A DNA stretch of 64,000 nt, taken from assembly GCF_017348835.2 (NCBI RefSeq), contig NZ_CP071375.1. One strand, 5' to 3'. Below the pieces are notes generated by a model. That model was not told the DNA's origin. It did not search any database and saw only the letters and a list, made by a program, of their open reading frames with translations. A program made the position numbers and the translations under genes. The DNA is from Escherichia coli. Lineage in GTDB: Bacteria; Pseudomonadota; Gammaproteobacteria; Enterobacterales; Enterobacteriaceae. Of the stretch, positions 12,909-21,858 are shown in pieces (positions within the stretch are counted from its first letter, which is position 1; each line of letters begins with the position of its first letter).

Positions 12909-13718
12909 GTGGCACATAACGCAAAAGGGCAGGGGCTGATCCTCGACAATGTTTCTGCCGGGTATCACAAGAAAATCATTGTTGATGGTGTTTCTTTCTC
13001 CGTTCCCACAGAAAAAATGACCGTTCTGGTTGGGGCAAACGGCTGTGGAAAGTCGACGTTGCTCAGCACCATTGCACGTATCTTGCAACCCATGGGCGGC
13101 TCAATATTGCTGGATGGTAAAGCGATTCACGAGCAACCAACGAAAGCGTTATCCCGTAGACTTGGGATCTTGCCGCAGTCGCCATTATTGCCGGAGGGCT
13201 TAATCGTTTATGAACTGGTGTCGCGTGGGCGTTTTCCCTGGCAGAATTTCATTCGTCAATGGAGCGACGCCGACGAGCAGGCGGTAGAAGAGGCTCTGAA
13301 ATTAACCGGTACGCAGGAGTTTGCTCATTTACCTGTTGAAAAACTCTCTGGTGGGCAGCGCCAGCGTTGCTGGATTGCGATGGTGTTGGCGCAAAAGACG
13401 CCTTATATCCTACTGGATGAACCCACAACCTGGCTTGATTTACGTTATCAGGTTGAAATTCTTGAGTTATTACATGATTTAACGCGTCATCACGGGCGTA
13501 CAGTCGTCGTGGTGTTGCATGATCTGAATTTTGCCGTCAATTATGGTGATACGTTGATATTTTTACGCCAGGGGAAAGTGGTGCGTGTGTTGAATGAGGG
13601 GGAGCATTGCACGCCTGAGCTGGTAAAAGCTGTCTTTGACGTTGATGTTCACGCATCAATAAATCCTCTGTCGGGAAAGCCGTTCTTCATGCCGTTTCGT
13701 GGTGTAGAAAAAGTATGA
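12909..13718 (+). CDS. Iron-siderophore ABC transporter ATP-binding protein (FecE/FepC-like)
   Basis: Walker A GANGCGKST, signature LSGGQRQR, Walker B ILLDEPT; start codon appears to be GTG. Confidence 0.85.
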   Translation: MAHNAKGQGLILDNVSAGYHKKIIVDGVSFSVPTEKMTVLVGANGCGKSTLLSTIARILQPMGGSILLDGKAIHEQPTKALSRRLGILPQSPLLPEGLIVYELVSRGRFPWQNFIRQWSDADEQAVEEALKLTGTQEFAHLPVEKLSGGQRQRCWIAMVLAQKTPYILLDEPTTWLDLRYQVEILELLHDLTRHHGRTVVVVLHDLNFAVNYGDTLIFLRQGKVVRVLNEGEHCTPELVKAVFDVDVHASINPLSGKPFFMPFRGVEKV

Positions 13719-14698
13719 TGCGCACAGGGCTGGTTACTGTAATTTTCCTCGCCTTACTGCTGGTGGGATGCGTGGTATATCCAGGGATTGGTGCCCGATT
13801 TATTGCACCACAAACGGTGTTGCAGGCATTTCTTCATTTTGAACCGCAAAACTTCGATCACAACGTAATTGTAAGACTCCGTTTGCCGCGTTTAGCGGCA
13901 GCATTGCTTACCGGTGCTTCTCTTGGAGTTGCTGGTGCTTTGTTGCAGGCTGTCATTCGTAACCCATTGGGGGAGCCACATATTTTAGGCTTAAATGCCG
14001 GAGCCGCTCTTGCTGTCGTTGCTGCCAGTGCGCTTGGGCTGGCCTTTCCGGTTGGACGCCCACTGCTGGCATCTACGGGCGGCGCGTTATTGTTCCTGTT
14101 GATATTGCTGCTTTCCTCCGCAGGGCGTTCAGGGTTAACGCCAATGAAAGTTACTTTATGCGGCGTGGCGCTATCGGCGTTCGTGTCCTCAATAACGGCT
14201 GCAATCCTGATTCTTGACGAACAAACACTGCTGGCGATGCGGACATGGCTAGCAGGTGATTTAGCGGGGCAGGATTGGGTGACGCTGGGTACGTCCGCCT
14301 GGTTTTCTCTGGGGGGATTTGTGTTAGCCATTTACCTTGCGCCCTCTCTTAACATGTTGGCACTGGGTGATCGCATGGCGCAGGGGCTGGGCGTCTCGGT
14401 ACTCCGCACGCGAACATTCACCCTGCTTGCGATCGCGTTGCTCTGTGGCGCAGCCGTATCGATTGCTGGCCCCATTGGTTTTGTCGGTCTGCTAGTACCG
14501 CAGATTGTCAGGCGTCTGGTATCAGCGGATCTGCGCGTTCTGCTCCCTCTTTCAGCTTGTGTCGGCGCGCTTTTGTTATTACTGGCAGATATTATTGCTC
14601 GGACGCTCTTCACGCCCCATGAGTTAGCGACCGGTGTCATGACGGCGTTAGTTGGTGCGCCTGTTTTTGTCATTATGGCGACGAGGATGTTCAAATGA
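13715..14698 (+). CDS. Iron-siderophore ABC transporter permease (FecCD family)
   Basis: 327 aa polytopic membrane protein; start overlaps ATPase stop. Confidence 0.8.
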   Translation: MMRTGLVTVIFLALLLVGCVVYPGIGARFIAPQTVLQAFLHFEPQNFDHNVIVRLRLPRLAAALLTGASLGVAGALLQAVIRNPLGEPHILGLNAGAALAVVAASALGLAFPVGRPLLASTGGALLFLLILLLSSAGRSGLTPMKVTLCGVALSAFVSSITAAILILDEQTLLAMRTWLAGDLAGQDWVTLGTSAWFSLGGFVLAIYLAPSLNMLALGDRMAQGLGVSVLRTRTFTLLAIALLCGAAVSIAGPIGFVGLLVPQIVRRLVSADLRVLLPLSACVGALLLLLADIIARTLFTPHELATGVMTALVGAPVFVIMATRMFK

Positions 14699-15744
14699 GT
14701 CGGATAATGAACGTCGGGCTACGCCCACTACGTGTTGGTAAGTTTTCGACACTGGTACGCCCTAAAAATCTGGTGTTGCTTGGTGGGCTGTTTCTGTTTG
14801 CGGTTGGAATACTGATATTCGGTCTGATGCATGGTTCTTTTTCTGTCCCGGCATCGGAAGTAGGACGAGCGTTGTTTGCTCCAGAAAACGTAAGCACAGA
14901 CGCACGTTATATTGTGCAGGATATTCGCTTGCCGAGAGTCATCATGGCATTGCTATGCGGAGCCATGTTAGGTATGGCGGGGGCCGCGATGCAATCCATT
15001 GCGCGTAACGGCCTTGCCGATCCTGGTTTAATCGGCGTCAAAGAAGGATGTAGCGTGGCGGTGCTGTGGCTGATTATCCAGTTTCCAATGCTGGGAATGT
15101 TCTGGCGTCCAGTGGCTGGTCTTGCTGGTGGCTTGTTGGTGGCTTTAATCGTGATTTTTTGTGCACGCGATATTTCCCGCCCGCGATTTGTTCTGATTGG
15201 TATTGGTGTTTCCTGGTTTTTCGCCGCCGGTATCGGTGTATTTATGACCACTGCAGATGTTCGAGATGTACAAACTGCATTGATGTGGTTATCGGGAAGC
15301 CTGCATGCAGCAAACTGGATGTTAGTCGGTATTTCAGCCTGTTGGATGTTGCCAGCCGCTCTTTTATTGCTGTTCACCGCCAGGACGGCGGATATCGCTC
15401 TGCTTGGTCATCAGGTTGCAACCGGGTTAGGGGTGAATAGTTCTCGTCTGGCGTTGTTACGTGTCGCCGCACCAATAATCCTGACAGCCGTCTGCGTTTC
15501 GTGTGTTGGTAACATCGGTTTTGTCGGATTGATAGCACCCCATATATCACGTTTTATTCTACGTGGCGGGCAGACGACATTACTGCTGGGGAGCGCGGTA
15601 TCGGGGGCGTTGTTAGTTATTCTGGCGGATAGCATTGGTCGTTTGGCTTTTTTGCCTTTGCAACTGCCTGCAGGAATCATTATCTCACTGATTGGTGGGC
15701 CATTTTTTTTGCTACTGCTCTGGCAGCGCAGGAACAGTTTTTAA
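14695..15744 (+). CDS. Iron-siderophore ABC transporter permease (FecCD family), second copy
   Basis: 349 aa polytopic membrane protein; start overlaps preceding stop. Confidence 0.8.
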   Translation: MSRIMNVGLRPLRVGKFSTLVRPKNLVLLGGLFLFAVGILIFGLMHGSFSVPASEVGRALFAPENVSTDARYIVQDIRLPRVIMALLCGAMLGMAGAAMQSIARNGLADPGLIGVKEGCSVAVLWLIIQFPMLGMFWRPVAGLAGGLLVALIVIFCARDISRPRFVLIGIGVSWFFAAGIGVFMTTADVRDVQTALMWLSGSLHAANWMLVGISACWMLPAALLLLFTARTADIALLGHQVATGLGVNSSRLALLRVAAPIILTAVCVSCVGNIGFVGLIAPHISRFILRGGQTTLLLGSAVSGALLVILADSIGRLAFLPLQLPAGIIISLIGGPFFLLLLWQRRNSF

Positions 15745-15754
15745 TGGGAGTTAT

Positions 15755-16702
15755 ATGCGTTTATTTTTTTCTCTGCTGATACTGTTGTCATTCTTTGCCC
15801 GCGCGACAGAACCTGTTCAGGTCTTTACTGATGATTTAGGGCGCAAAGTCACTGTTCCTGCTCATCCAAAGAGAATTGTCTCTTTACACGATCTTGATAT
15901 CACTATTCCTCTGATTGAGCTCGGTGTACCTCCTGTCGCCAGCCACGGGCGAACCCGGCCTGACGGTAGCCATTTCATTCGATCAGGCGCGTTATTGACA
16001 GGTGTCGACTTTGATAATTCATCGATCGCTTTTATTGGCACCGCTGATATTGATATTGAAGCGATTGTGGCGGCAAAGCCTGATCTGATTATCACAGAAC
16101 CGACCCGTAATACGCCCATTGAACAACTGGAAAAAATTGCGCCCACGGTGAGCATTGATCATCTCAAAGGAGGCGCGCCAGAAATCTACCGCAAGCTGGC
16201 AGAACTGACAGGAACGCAGTCGCAGCTGGCGATACTTGAACGCCGCTATCAGGCACAAATCAATGCGCTGAAGGCGACGCTGGACAGCCAAAAAATAACG
16301 GTATCGGTGATTCAGGCAAATCAGGGAAAAATTAATGTGATGCATAGCTATCATTCGCTGGGGCGGGTATTACGCGATGCTGGTTTTCGCTTTCCGCCGC
16401 TGATTGAGAGCATTCCTGAAGGTGGGCGAATGGATGTGAGCGCGGAGCGTTTACCTGAACTGGATGCCGATTTTGTTTTTGCAACCTGGCGCGGTGACAC
16501 CGGTGGTAAACCTCAGGATGAGCTGGCAGCAATGGAAAAAGTCATGCCGGGATGGTGTCAGTTTCTGACTGCCTGTCGTTCCGGGCGTTATGTGCTGATT
16601 TCTCGTGAAGAGGCAATTTCTAACTCCTTTGCATCTCTGGGGCTGATGGCTGCGCAGATACAATCACAAATTGCGGGACGACCTCTACCGGAGGCTAAAT
16701 GA
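15755..16702 (+). CDS. Periplasmic iron-siderophore binding protein (cluster A substrate-binding protein)
   Basis: 315 aa from MRLFFSLLILLSFFARA (signal peptide), GGAG-like RBS upstream; ORF-track start is an upstream extension. Confidence 0.75.
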   Translation: MRLFFSLLILLSFFARATEPVQVFTDDLGRKVTVPAHPKRIVSLHDLDITIPLIELGVPPVASHGRTRPDGSHFIRSGALLTGVDFDNSSIAFIGTADIDIEAIVAAKPDLIITEPTRNTPIEQLEKIAPTVSIDHLKGGAPEIYRKLAELTGTQSQLAILERRYQAQINALKATLDSQKITVSVIQANQGKINVMHSYHSLGRVLRDAGFRFPPLIESIPEGGRMDVSAERLPELDADFVFATWRGDTGGKPQDELAAMEKVMPGWCQFLTACRSGRYVLISREEAISNSFASLGLMAAQIQSQIAGRPLPEAK

Positions 16703-17586
16703 TCCAGAAAGACAAAACGCGGGTTGATATTTATGGTGAGCGTTTTCGCACTCGCGCGAGTCAGTTAACGCCTGGGTTAAGAGCTGTCGCAAGCTACATT
16801 AATGAGCATCGTGAAGTGGTACTCGAGCAAACGGCGATGGAAATTGCGGCCACGTTGAACACTTCCGATGCCACAGTTATCAGGGCTATACAGGCCCTGG
16901 GGTTTGCCGGGCTGCGTGATCTGAAACGCACTCTGGAACAGTGGCTTGGTCCAGCCCTTAGTTCCAGCGAAAAGATGTCTACGACGGTGAGTAACTTGAC
17001 GAGCGATGTTAACACCGCAATCGACTTTGTTCTTGAAGGGCATTTGTATACCTGTAATGTCCTGTCAGAGCCTGAAAACCGCCACGCGCTTGCGCAAGCT
17101 GTAGCGTTGTTGGTACAGGCACGGCAAGTCGCAATTTTTGGCATTGGCGCTTCGGGTATTCTGGCGGACTATACCGCACGACTATTCAACCGCATAGGTT
17201 TGCCTGCCACGGCACTAAACCGTACGGGTATTGGCCTTGCCGAGCAACTGATCGCGCTTCAACGTGGCGATGTTCTGATCATGATGGCGCAAAAATCTGC
17301 GCACCGGGAAGGACTGACAACGCTGCGTGAAGCGAGACGGCTGGGGATCCCTGTTATTTTGCTGACAAACGCGCTGGATTCACGTTTTAGCAAAGACGCC
17401 AGTATCGTGATTCATGTTCCGCGCGGGGATGAAAAGGGGAAAACGCCACTACATGGTACGGTATTGTTGTGCCTGGAAATGATTGTTTGGTCGGTGGCTT
17501 CCGCGATGCCGCAGCGTGCGGTTAAAACCATTAAGCGAATTAACGATTTCCATCGGGGTTTGAAAACAGGAAGAAAGAATGGCTAA
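16699..17586 (+). CDS. RpiR/MurR-family transcriptional regulator (HTH_6 + SIS domain)
   Basis: 295 aa; N-terminal HTH, central SIS-type fold (VAIFGIGASG); start overlaps stop of binding-protein gene. Confidence 0.75.
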   Translation: MIQKDKTRVDIYGERFRTRASQLTPGLRAVASYINEHREVVLEQTAMEIAATLNTSDATVIRAIQALGFAGLRDLKRTLEQWLGPALSSSEKMSTTVSNLTSDVNTAIDFVLEGHLYTCNVLSEPENRHALAQAVALLVQARQVAIFGIGASGILADYTARLFNRIGLPATALNRTGIGLAEQLIALQRGDVLIMMAQKSAHREGLTTLREARRLGIPVILLTNALDSRFSKDASIVIHVPRGDEKGKTPLHGTVLLCLEMIVWSVASAMPQRAVKTIKRINDFHRGLKTGRKNG

Positions 17587-17594
17587 TCTGACCT

Positions 17595-17622
17595 GAGGCC
17601 GGTAGCAACACCGGCCTTTTTC
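17595..17622. terminator. Terminator after RpiR-family gene, facing ygiN stop
   Basis: Hairpin ggccgg...ccggcc followed by TTTTT. Confidence 0.55.
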
Positions 17623-17629
17623 AGGAATG

Positions 17630-17944
17630 TTAAATCCCCGGTTGCAGAATACGGATATTCATCTCCAGCACGTCGCCTTTTACGGCTTCGCTGTACGCCT
17701 TCATGTGCGGGGTTTGCAGATGCGCTTCAAGGTGCGCGATGCTTTCCCACTGCTCAATCATCACGATAGAATCCGGTGCCATAGACTGGAAACTCACGCC
17801 AGCAGCGCAATCCACCATTGGCGCATAGCCGTGGCAACCTTCTTCTTTCAGTACGGTTGGAACGATTTTAGCAAACTGATCCAATACCGCCTGACGGTGA
17901 TGTTGACCAGGACGAGTACGGATTTCTGCGATTACGGTAAGCAT
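17630..17944 (-). CDS. ygiN: Quinol monooxygenase YgiN
   Basis: 104 aa, ABM-domain; follows mdaB as in K-12. Confidence 0.9.
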   Translation of the reverse strand: MLTVIAEIRTRPGQHHRQAVLDQFAKIVPTVLKEEGCHGYAPMVDCAAGVSFQSMAPDSIVMIEQWESIAHLEAHLQTPHMKAYSEAVKGDVLEMNIRILQPGI

Positions 17945-17974
17945 GGTTAACTCCTTCTAAAGCCTGAGCTCTAG

Positions 17975-18556
17975 TTAACCAAAAATTTCCACAAGATGCT
18001 TGCGATATTCTTCAGTATAGCGGGGAACATCAGGCATTTTTATCACGTCATTAGCGATAAATGTCGGCAGCGGTTCCATACCGAGGAATTGGTTTGCTTT
18101 ATGGAACGACAGATACACACCGTCAACGCCAACGCCGTGGAAGAACTGATCTTTTTCGGTGAAGGCTTCCATTGGTGCGTTCCAGGTTAGAGAAAGCATA
18201 TATTTTTTGCCCTGTACCAGGCCGCCGGAACCGTATTTTTTCGACGGATCTTTGCGGGTACGACCATCGCTGGCATACAGAGTCCCGTGACCTTCGGTGA
18301 ATACATCATCAATGTATTTTTTCACTGTCCACGGCGCGCCCATCCACCAGCCTGGCATCTGCCAGATCACCACATCAGCCCAGAGAAAGTTTTGTACTTC
18401 CGCTTTGACATCGTAGTCGCTGTCGGCGCGAACGATGCGAACATCATGCCCGAGGTCGCGCAGTGTGCCATCCGCGACTTCGGTCAGGGTGTCGTTCAGT
18501 TGACCATTGGAGTGGGCGAATTTTTTCACGCCGTTGATAATCAGGATGTTGCTCAT
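17975..18556 (-). CDS. mdaB: NADPH:quinone oxidoreductase MdaB
   Basis: 193 aa flavodoxin-like fold protein (MSNILIINGVKKFAHSNGQLN...). Confidence 0.9.
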   Translation of the reverse strand: MSNILIINGVKKFAHSNGQLNDTLTEVADGTLRDLGHDVRIVRADSDYDVKAEVQNFLWADVVIWQMPGWWMGAPWTVKKYIDDVFTEGHGTLYASDGRTRKDPSKKYGSGGLVQGKKYMLSLTWNAPMEAFTEKDQFFHGVGVDGVYLSFHKANQFLGMEPLPTFIANDVIKMPDVPRYTEEYRKHLVEIFG

Positions 18557-18665
18557 TTTTTAACCTCAAGGTGAGACGTTTGCCAACTATAGTACGTCAC
18601 AGAGCGGTACGGTGAAATTAGCAAAATGTGCAAAGTCTTTTGCGAATTTAGCAAAAGTCTTACCC

Positions 18666-20015
18666 TTACCAGCTTACTTTCGCCTCAAATCCACCTTGTT
18701 CCGCATTCCCAAATTCAACATTCATGCCATGCAGCTTGGCGATTCGCTGGACAATCGATAGCCCAAGTCCACTGCCGGTAGCGGTTTGTCCGGGTGGGCG
18801 ATAGAAGCGTTCGCCAATTCGCGCCAGTGCCTCTGGTGTCACACCGGGGCCGTTATCCCTCACGATGAAATTATCGGCATTCAGCGTGACGTCCACCACG
18901 CTGCCCTGTGGACTGTAACGCACGGCGTTATCCAGCAAATTTCGCACCAACAAACTTAGCAATAGCGGTTGTCCGGTGCGTTTGATGCCCTGGACATTGA
19001 GTGTCAGTCGCACGTCAATTTTCGCCTGCTGCGCCGTGTGGTAAATATCCATCACCGACGATTGCAGGAGATCTTCAAGCGGGATCTCCGCGACGTCCTG
19101 AAGGTTATCCAGTGAGTCCAGCCGCGATAGCGTGAGCAGTTGATCAACCAGACGAGTAGCGCGATCGATCCCGTAATGTAATTGAAGCAGTGCTTTTTTC
19201 CGCGCCTGCGGATCATCGTCAGAGAGCTGCGCAACTTCGGTTTGCACTTTCAGCGCTGTTAACGGGCTACGTAGTTCGTGAGCTGCATCGGAGGTAAAGC
19301 GTCGTTCTCGAACCATCATCGCATGTGTGCGGGCGAACAGTTGATTTAGCGACTCAACCAGTGGTCGTACTTCGCTGGGTACGCCAGTCGCGTTTAGTGG
19401 TTTTTCCGAGTCAGGGTCACGCATACGTAGCGCCAGCGCCAGCTTGTTCAGCGGCGCGAGTTCACGACCCAGTAGTACCATCATGATGATTAACATAATC
19501 GGCAGTGCAACCAGCCACGGGATCAATTGCCCGGCAACAATCGCCAGCGCCATGTCTTCACGGTATTCCCATTCCTGACCAACAACGATGCGATATTTGC
19601 CATCAGGTGAGGTCATCCAGACAAAACGCCAGGGATCGTCTTCACCGACCAGTTGCCCGTCAGCAAAACCTTCCCGTTGATAGCTATAGGGAATATCTTC
19701 TCCGTTATCGCCATCATTAAGGACCATTCTGCCGTCGTGGGTAAAGATGGCAAAGGTCAACGCATCGTCATCAACATGACCGTGTTTTAATTTATTCGGC
19801 GTCTGTGCCATGCGATCCGCCGCGTTGATTTCGTTGAGATCGAGCGTACTTAACCGCTTGGCAAACAGCATCAGTTGGGTGTCGAACAACTCATCGACGT
19901 TATCCGTTGTTTGTTTCCAGGCGACAAAGCTGGAAAGCAGCCAGGTCACCGAGGCCAGAATTAAAAAGATTAGCGTCAGCCTGACTCGCAGACTAAGACG
20001 TTGGGTAAATTTCAT
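18666..20015 (-). CDS. qseC: Sensor histidine kinase QseC
   Basis: 449 aa, two TM segments, HAMP, H-box (AAHELRSPL), HATPase_c. Confidence 0.92.
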   Translation of the reverse strand: MKFTQRLSLRVRLTLIFLILASVTWLLSSFVAWKQTTDNVDELFDTQLMLFAKRLSTLDLNEINAADRMAQTPNKLKHGHVDDDALTFAIFTHDGRMVLNDGDNGEDIPYSYQREGFADGQLVGEDDPWRFVWMTSPDGKYRIVVGQEWEYREDMALAIVAGQLIPWLVALPIMLIIMMVLLGRELAPLNKLALALRMRDPDSEKPLNATGVPSEVRPLVESLNQLFARTHAMMVRERRFTSDAAHELRSPLTALKVQTEVAQLSDDDPQARKKALLQLHYGIDRATRLVDQLLTLSRLDSLDNLQDVAEIPLEDLLQSSVMDIYHTAQQAKIDVRLTLNVQGIKRTGQPLLLSLLVRNLLDNAVRYSPQGSVVDVTLNADNFIVRDNGPGVTPEALARIGERFYRPPGQTATGSGLGLSIVQRIAKLHGMNVEFGNAEQGGFEAKVSW

Positions 20016-20671
20016 TTCTCACCTAATGTATAGCCAATACCATGCACGGTACGAATAAAATCACTACCGAGTTTGCGTCGCAGATGATGCACATGCACTT
20101 CAACGGCATTACTGGTGACCTCTTCGTCCCAGGTATACAGTTTCTCTTCAATCAGTTTGCGCGGCAGTACCCGACCAGCGTTACGCATCAGTAATTCCAG
20201 CAGGGCAAATTCTTTTGGTTTCAGTGTTAAGGGTTCGCCAGCCAGCGTGGCGATACGTTTGCCGGGGTCGAGCATGACGTTACCGTGGCGCAGCTCGTTG
20301 CTGGCCTGGCCGTTGGTTCGGCGCATCAGAGCTTCCAGCCTGGCGGCGACTTCTATCAACGCAAAAGGTTTACACAGATAATCGTCAGCTCCCAGACGCA
20401 GCCCCTCTACACGTTCCGCCAGCGCATCGCGCGCGGTCAGGATCAGTACCGGCTCACGCTGACCTTTTTCTCGCCATTCGCGCAAAATATCGCGACCATC
20501 CATGCCTGGTAAGGTTAAATCCAGGATCACCGCATCATAAGGCGCGCTATAAAGCGCCTCTTTTCCCTGACGACCTTGTGTAAACCAGTCGACGCTAAAA
20601 CCCATTTTACTAAGGCCCGTTTTGATGCCGTCGCCAATCAGCATGTCATCTTCTATCAGTAAAATTCGCAT
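20012..20671 (-). CDS. qseB: Response regulator QseB (OmpR family)
   Basis: 219 aa, receiver domain + winged-helix; stop overlaps qseC start. Confidence 0.92.
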   Translation of the reverse strand: MRILLIEDDMLIGDGIKTGLSKMGFSVDWFTQGRQGKEALYSAPYDAVILDLTLPGMDGRDILREWREKGQREPVLILTARDALAERVEGLRLGADDYLCKPFALIEVAARLEALMRRTNGQASNELRHGNVMLDPGKRIATLAGEPLTLKPKEFALLELLMRNAGRVLPRKLIEEKLYTWDEEVTSNAVEVHVHHLRRKLGSDFIRTVHGIGYTLGEK

Positions 20672-20822
20672 TTTTTCATCCCTGCGATAACCGTATTTGC
20701 TGCCAGTAAACCGTGTTGTAACGCGCTCTGTACAGCATTAAATTTTATTTTTTTCCCTTAAGAAGTTGTTAAGGACTATCTTGTTAAATGCTCGGAAACA
20801 GACATTAAAGGGAGTAACAAAC

Positions 20823-21215
20823 ATGAAAAAATTCGCAGCAGTAATCGCAGTAATGGCCCTGTGCAGTGCACCGGTGATGGCAGCAGAGCAGGGCGGTTTT
20901 TCTGGCCCATCGGCAACGCAAAGTCAGGCTGGAGGATTCCAGGGGCCGAACGGCAGCGTAACGACTGTAGAAAGCGCAAAATCCCTGCGTGACGACACCT
21001 GGGTAACCCTGCGCGGCAATATCGTTGAACGCATCTCTGACGATCTCTACGTGTTCAAAGATGCCAGCGGTACTATCAATGTTGATATCGACCACAAACG
21101 CTGGAACGGCGTGACGGTGACGCCGAAAGATACGGTTGAGATTCAGGGTGAAGTCGATAAAGACTGGAATTCTGTTGAAATTGACGTCAAACAGATCCGC
21201 AAAGTAAATCCGTAA
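20823..21215 (+). CDS. ygiW: Periplasmic OB-fold (BOF) protein YgiW
   Basis: 130 aa from MKKFAAVIAVMALCSAPVMA; divergent from qseBC. Confidence 0.85.
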   Translation: MKKFAAVIAVMALCSAPVMAAEQGGFSGPSATQSQAGGFQGPNGSVTTVESAKSLRDDTWVTLRGNIVERISDDLYVFKDASGTINVDIDHKRWNGVTVTPKDTVEIQGEVDKDWNSVEIDVKQIRKVNP

Positions 21216-21224
21216 TTGTTACCG

Positions 21225-21255
21225 CTCCCGGGATGCGTTCCCGGGAATAATTTCG
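21225..21255. terminator. Hairpin after ygiW
   Basis: cccggga / tcccggg stem; weak T-tract. Confidence 0.4.
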
Positions 21256-21267
21256 CAGGGAGGCAAC

Positions 21268-21750
21268 ATGACAAACCTGACACTGGATGTAAACATTATC
21301 GATTTCCCATCAATCCCTGTGGCGATGTTGCCGCACCGCTGTAGCCCTGAGTTGCTCAACTACAGCGTGGCGAAATTTATCATGTGGCGTAAAGAGACGG
21401 GGCTTTCTCCTGTTAACCAAAGCCAGACTTTTGGCGTCGCCTGGGACGACCCTGCCACCACCGCACCGGAAGCGTTTCGCTTTGATATCTGCGGCAGCGT
21501 TAGCGAACCGATTCCCGATAATCGTTATGGTGTGAGCAATGGTGAACTTACCGGTGGACGTTATGCCGTGGCCCGCCACGTAGGCGAGCTGGATGATATT
21601 TCACACACGATATGGGGCATTATTCGCCACTGGCTGCCTGCAAGCGGCGAGAAAATGCGTAAAGCACCGATTCTGTTTCACTACACCAATCTTGCCAAAG
21701 GGGTGACAGAGCAGCGACTGGAAACGGATATTTATGTGCCGTTGGCGTGA
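21268..21750 (+). CDS. ygiV: GyrI-like small-molecule-binding protein YgiV
   Basis: 160-aa ORF, remembered YgiV sequence. Confidence 0.85.
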   Translation: MTNLTLDVNIIDFPSIPVAMLPHRCSPELLNYSVAKFIMWRKETGLSPVNQSQTFGVAWDDPATTAPEAFRFDICGSVSEPIPDNRYGVSNGELTGGRYAVARHVGELDDISHTIWGIIRHWLPASGEKMRKAPILFHYTNLAKGVTEQRLETDIYVPLA

Positions 21751-21858
21751 TGGGGTATCTTTACCGGAGTGTGAGCCAAATCACTCGCGATAAGTTTGAG
21801 CGAACAATGCCACAGGCGTATTGTTGTTGGGCTTATAATTTCTCCGGTAAGGAATACC

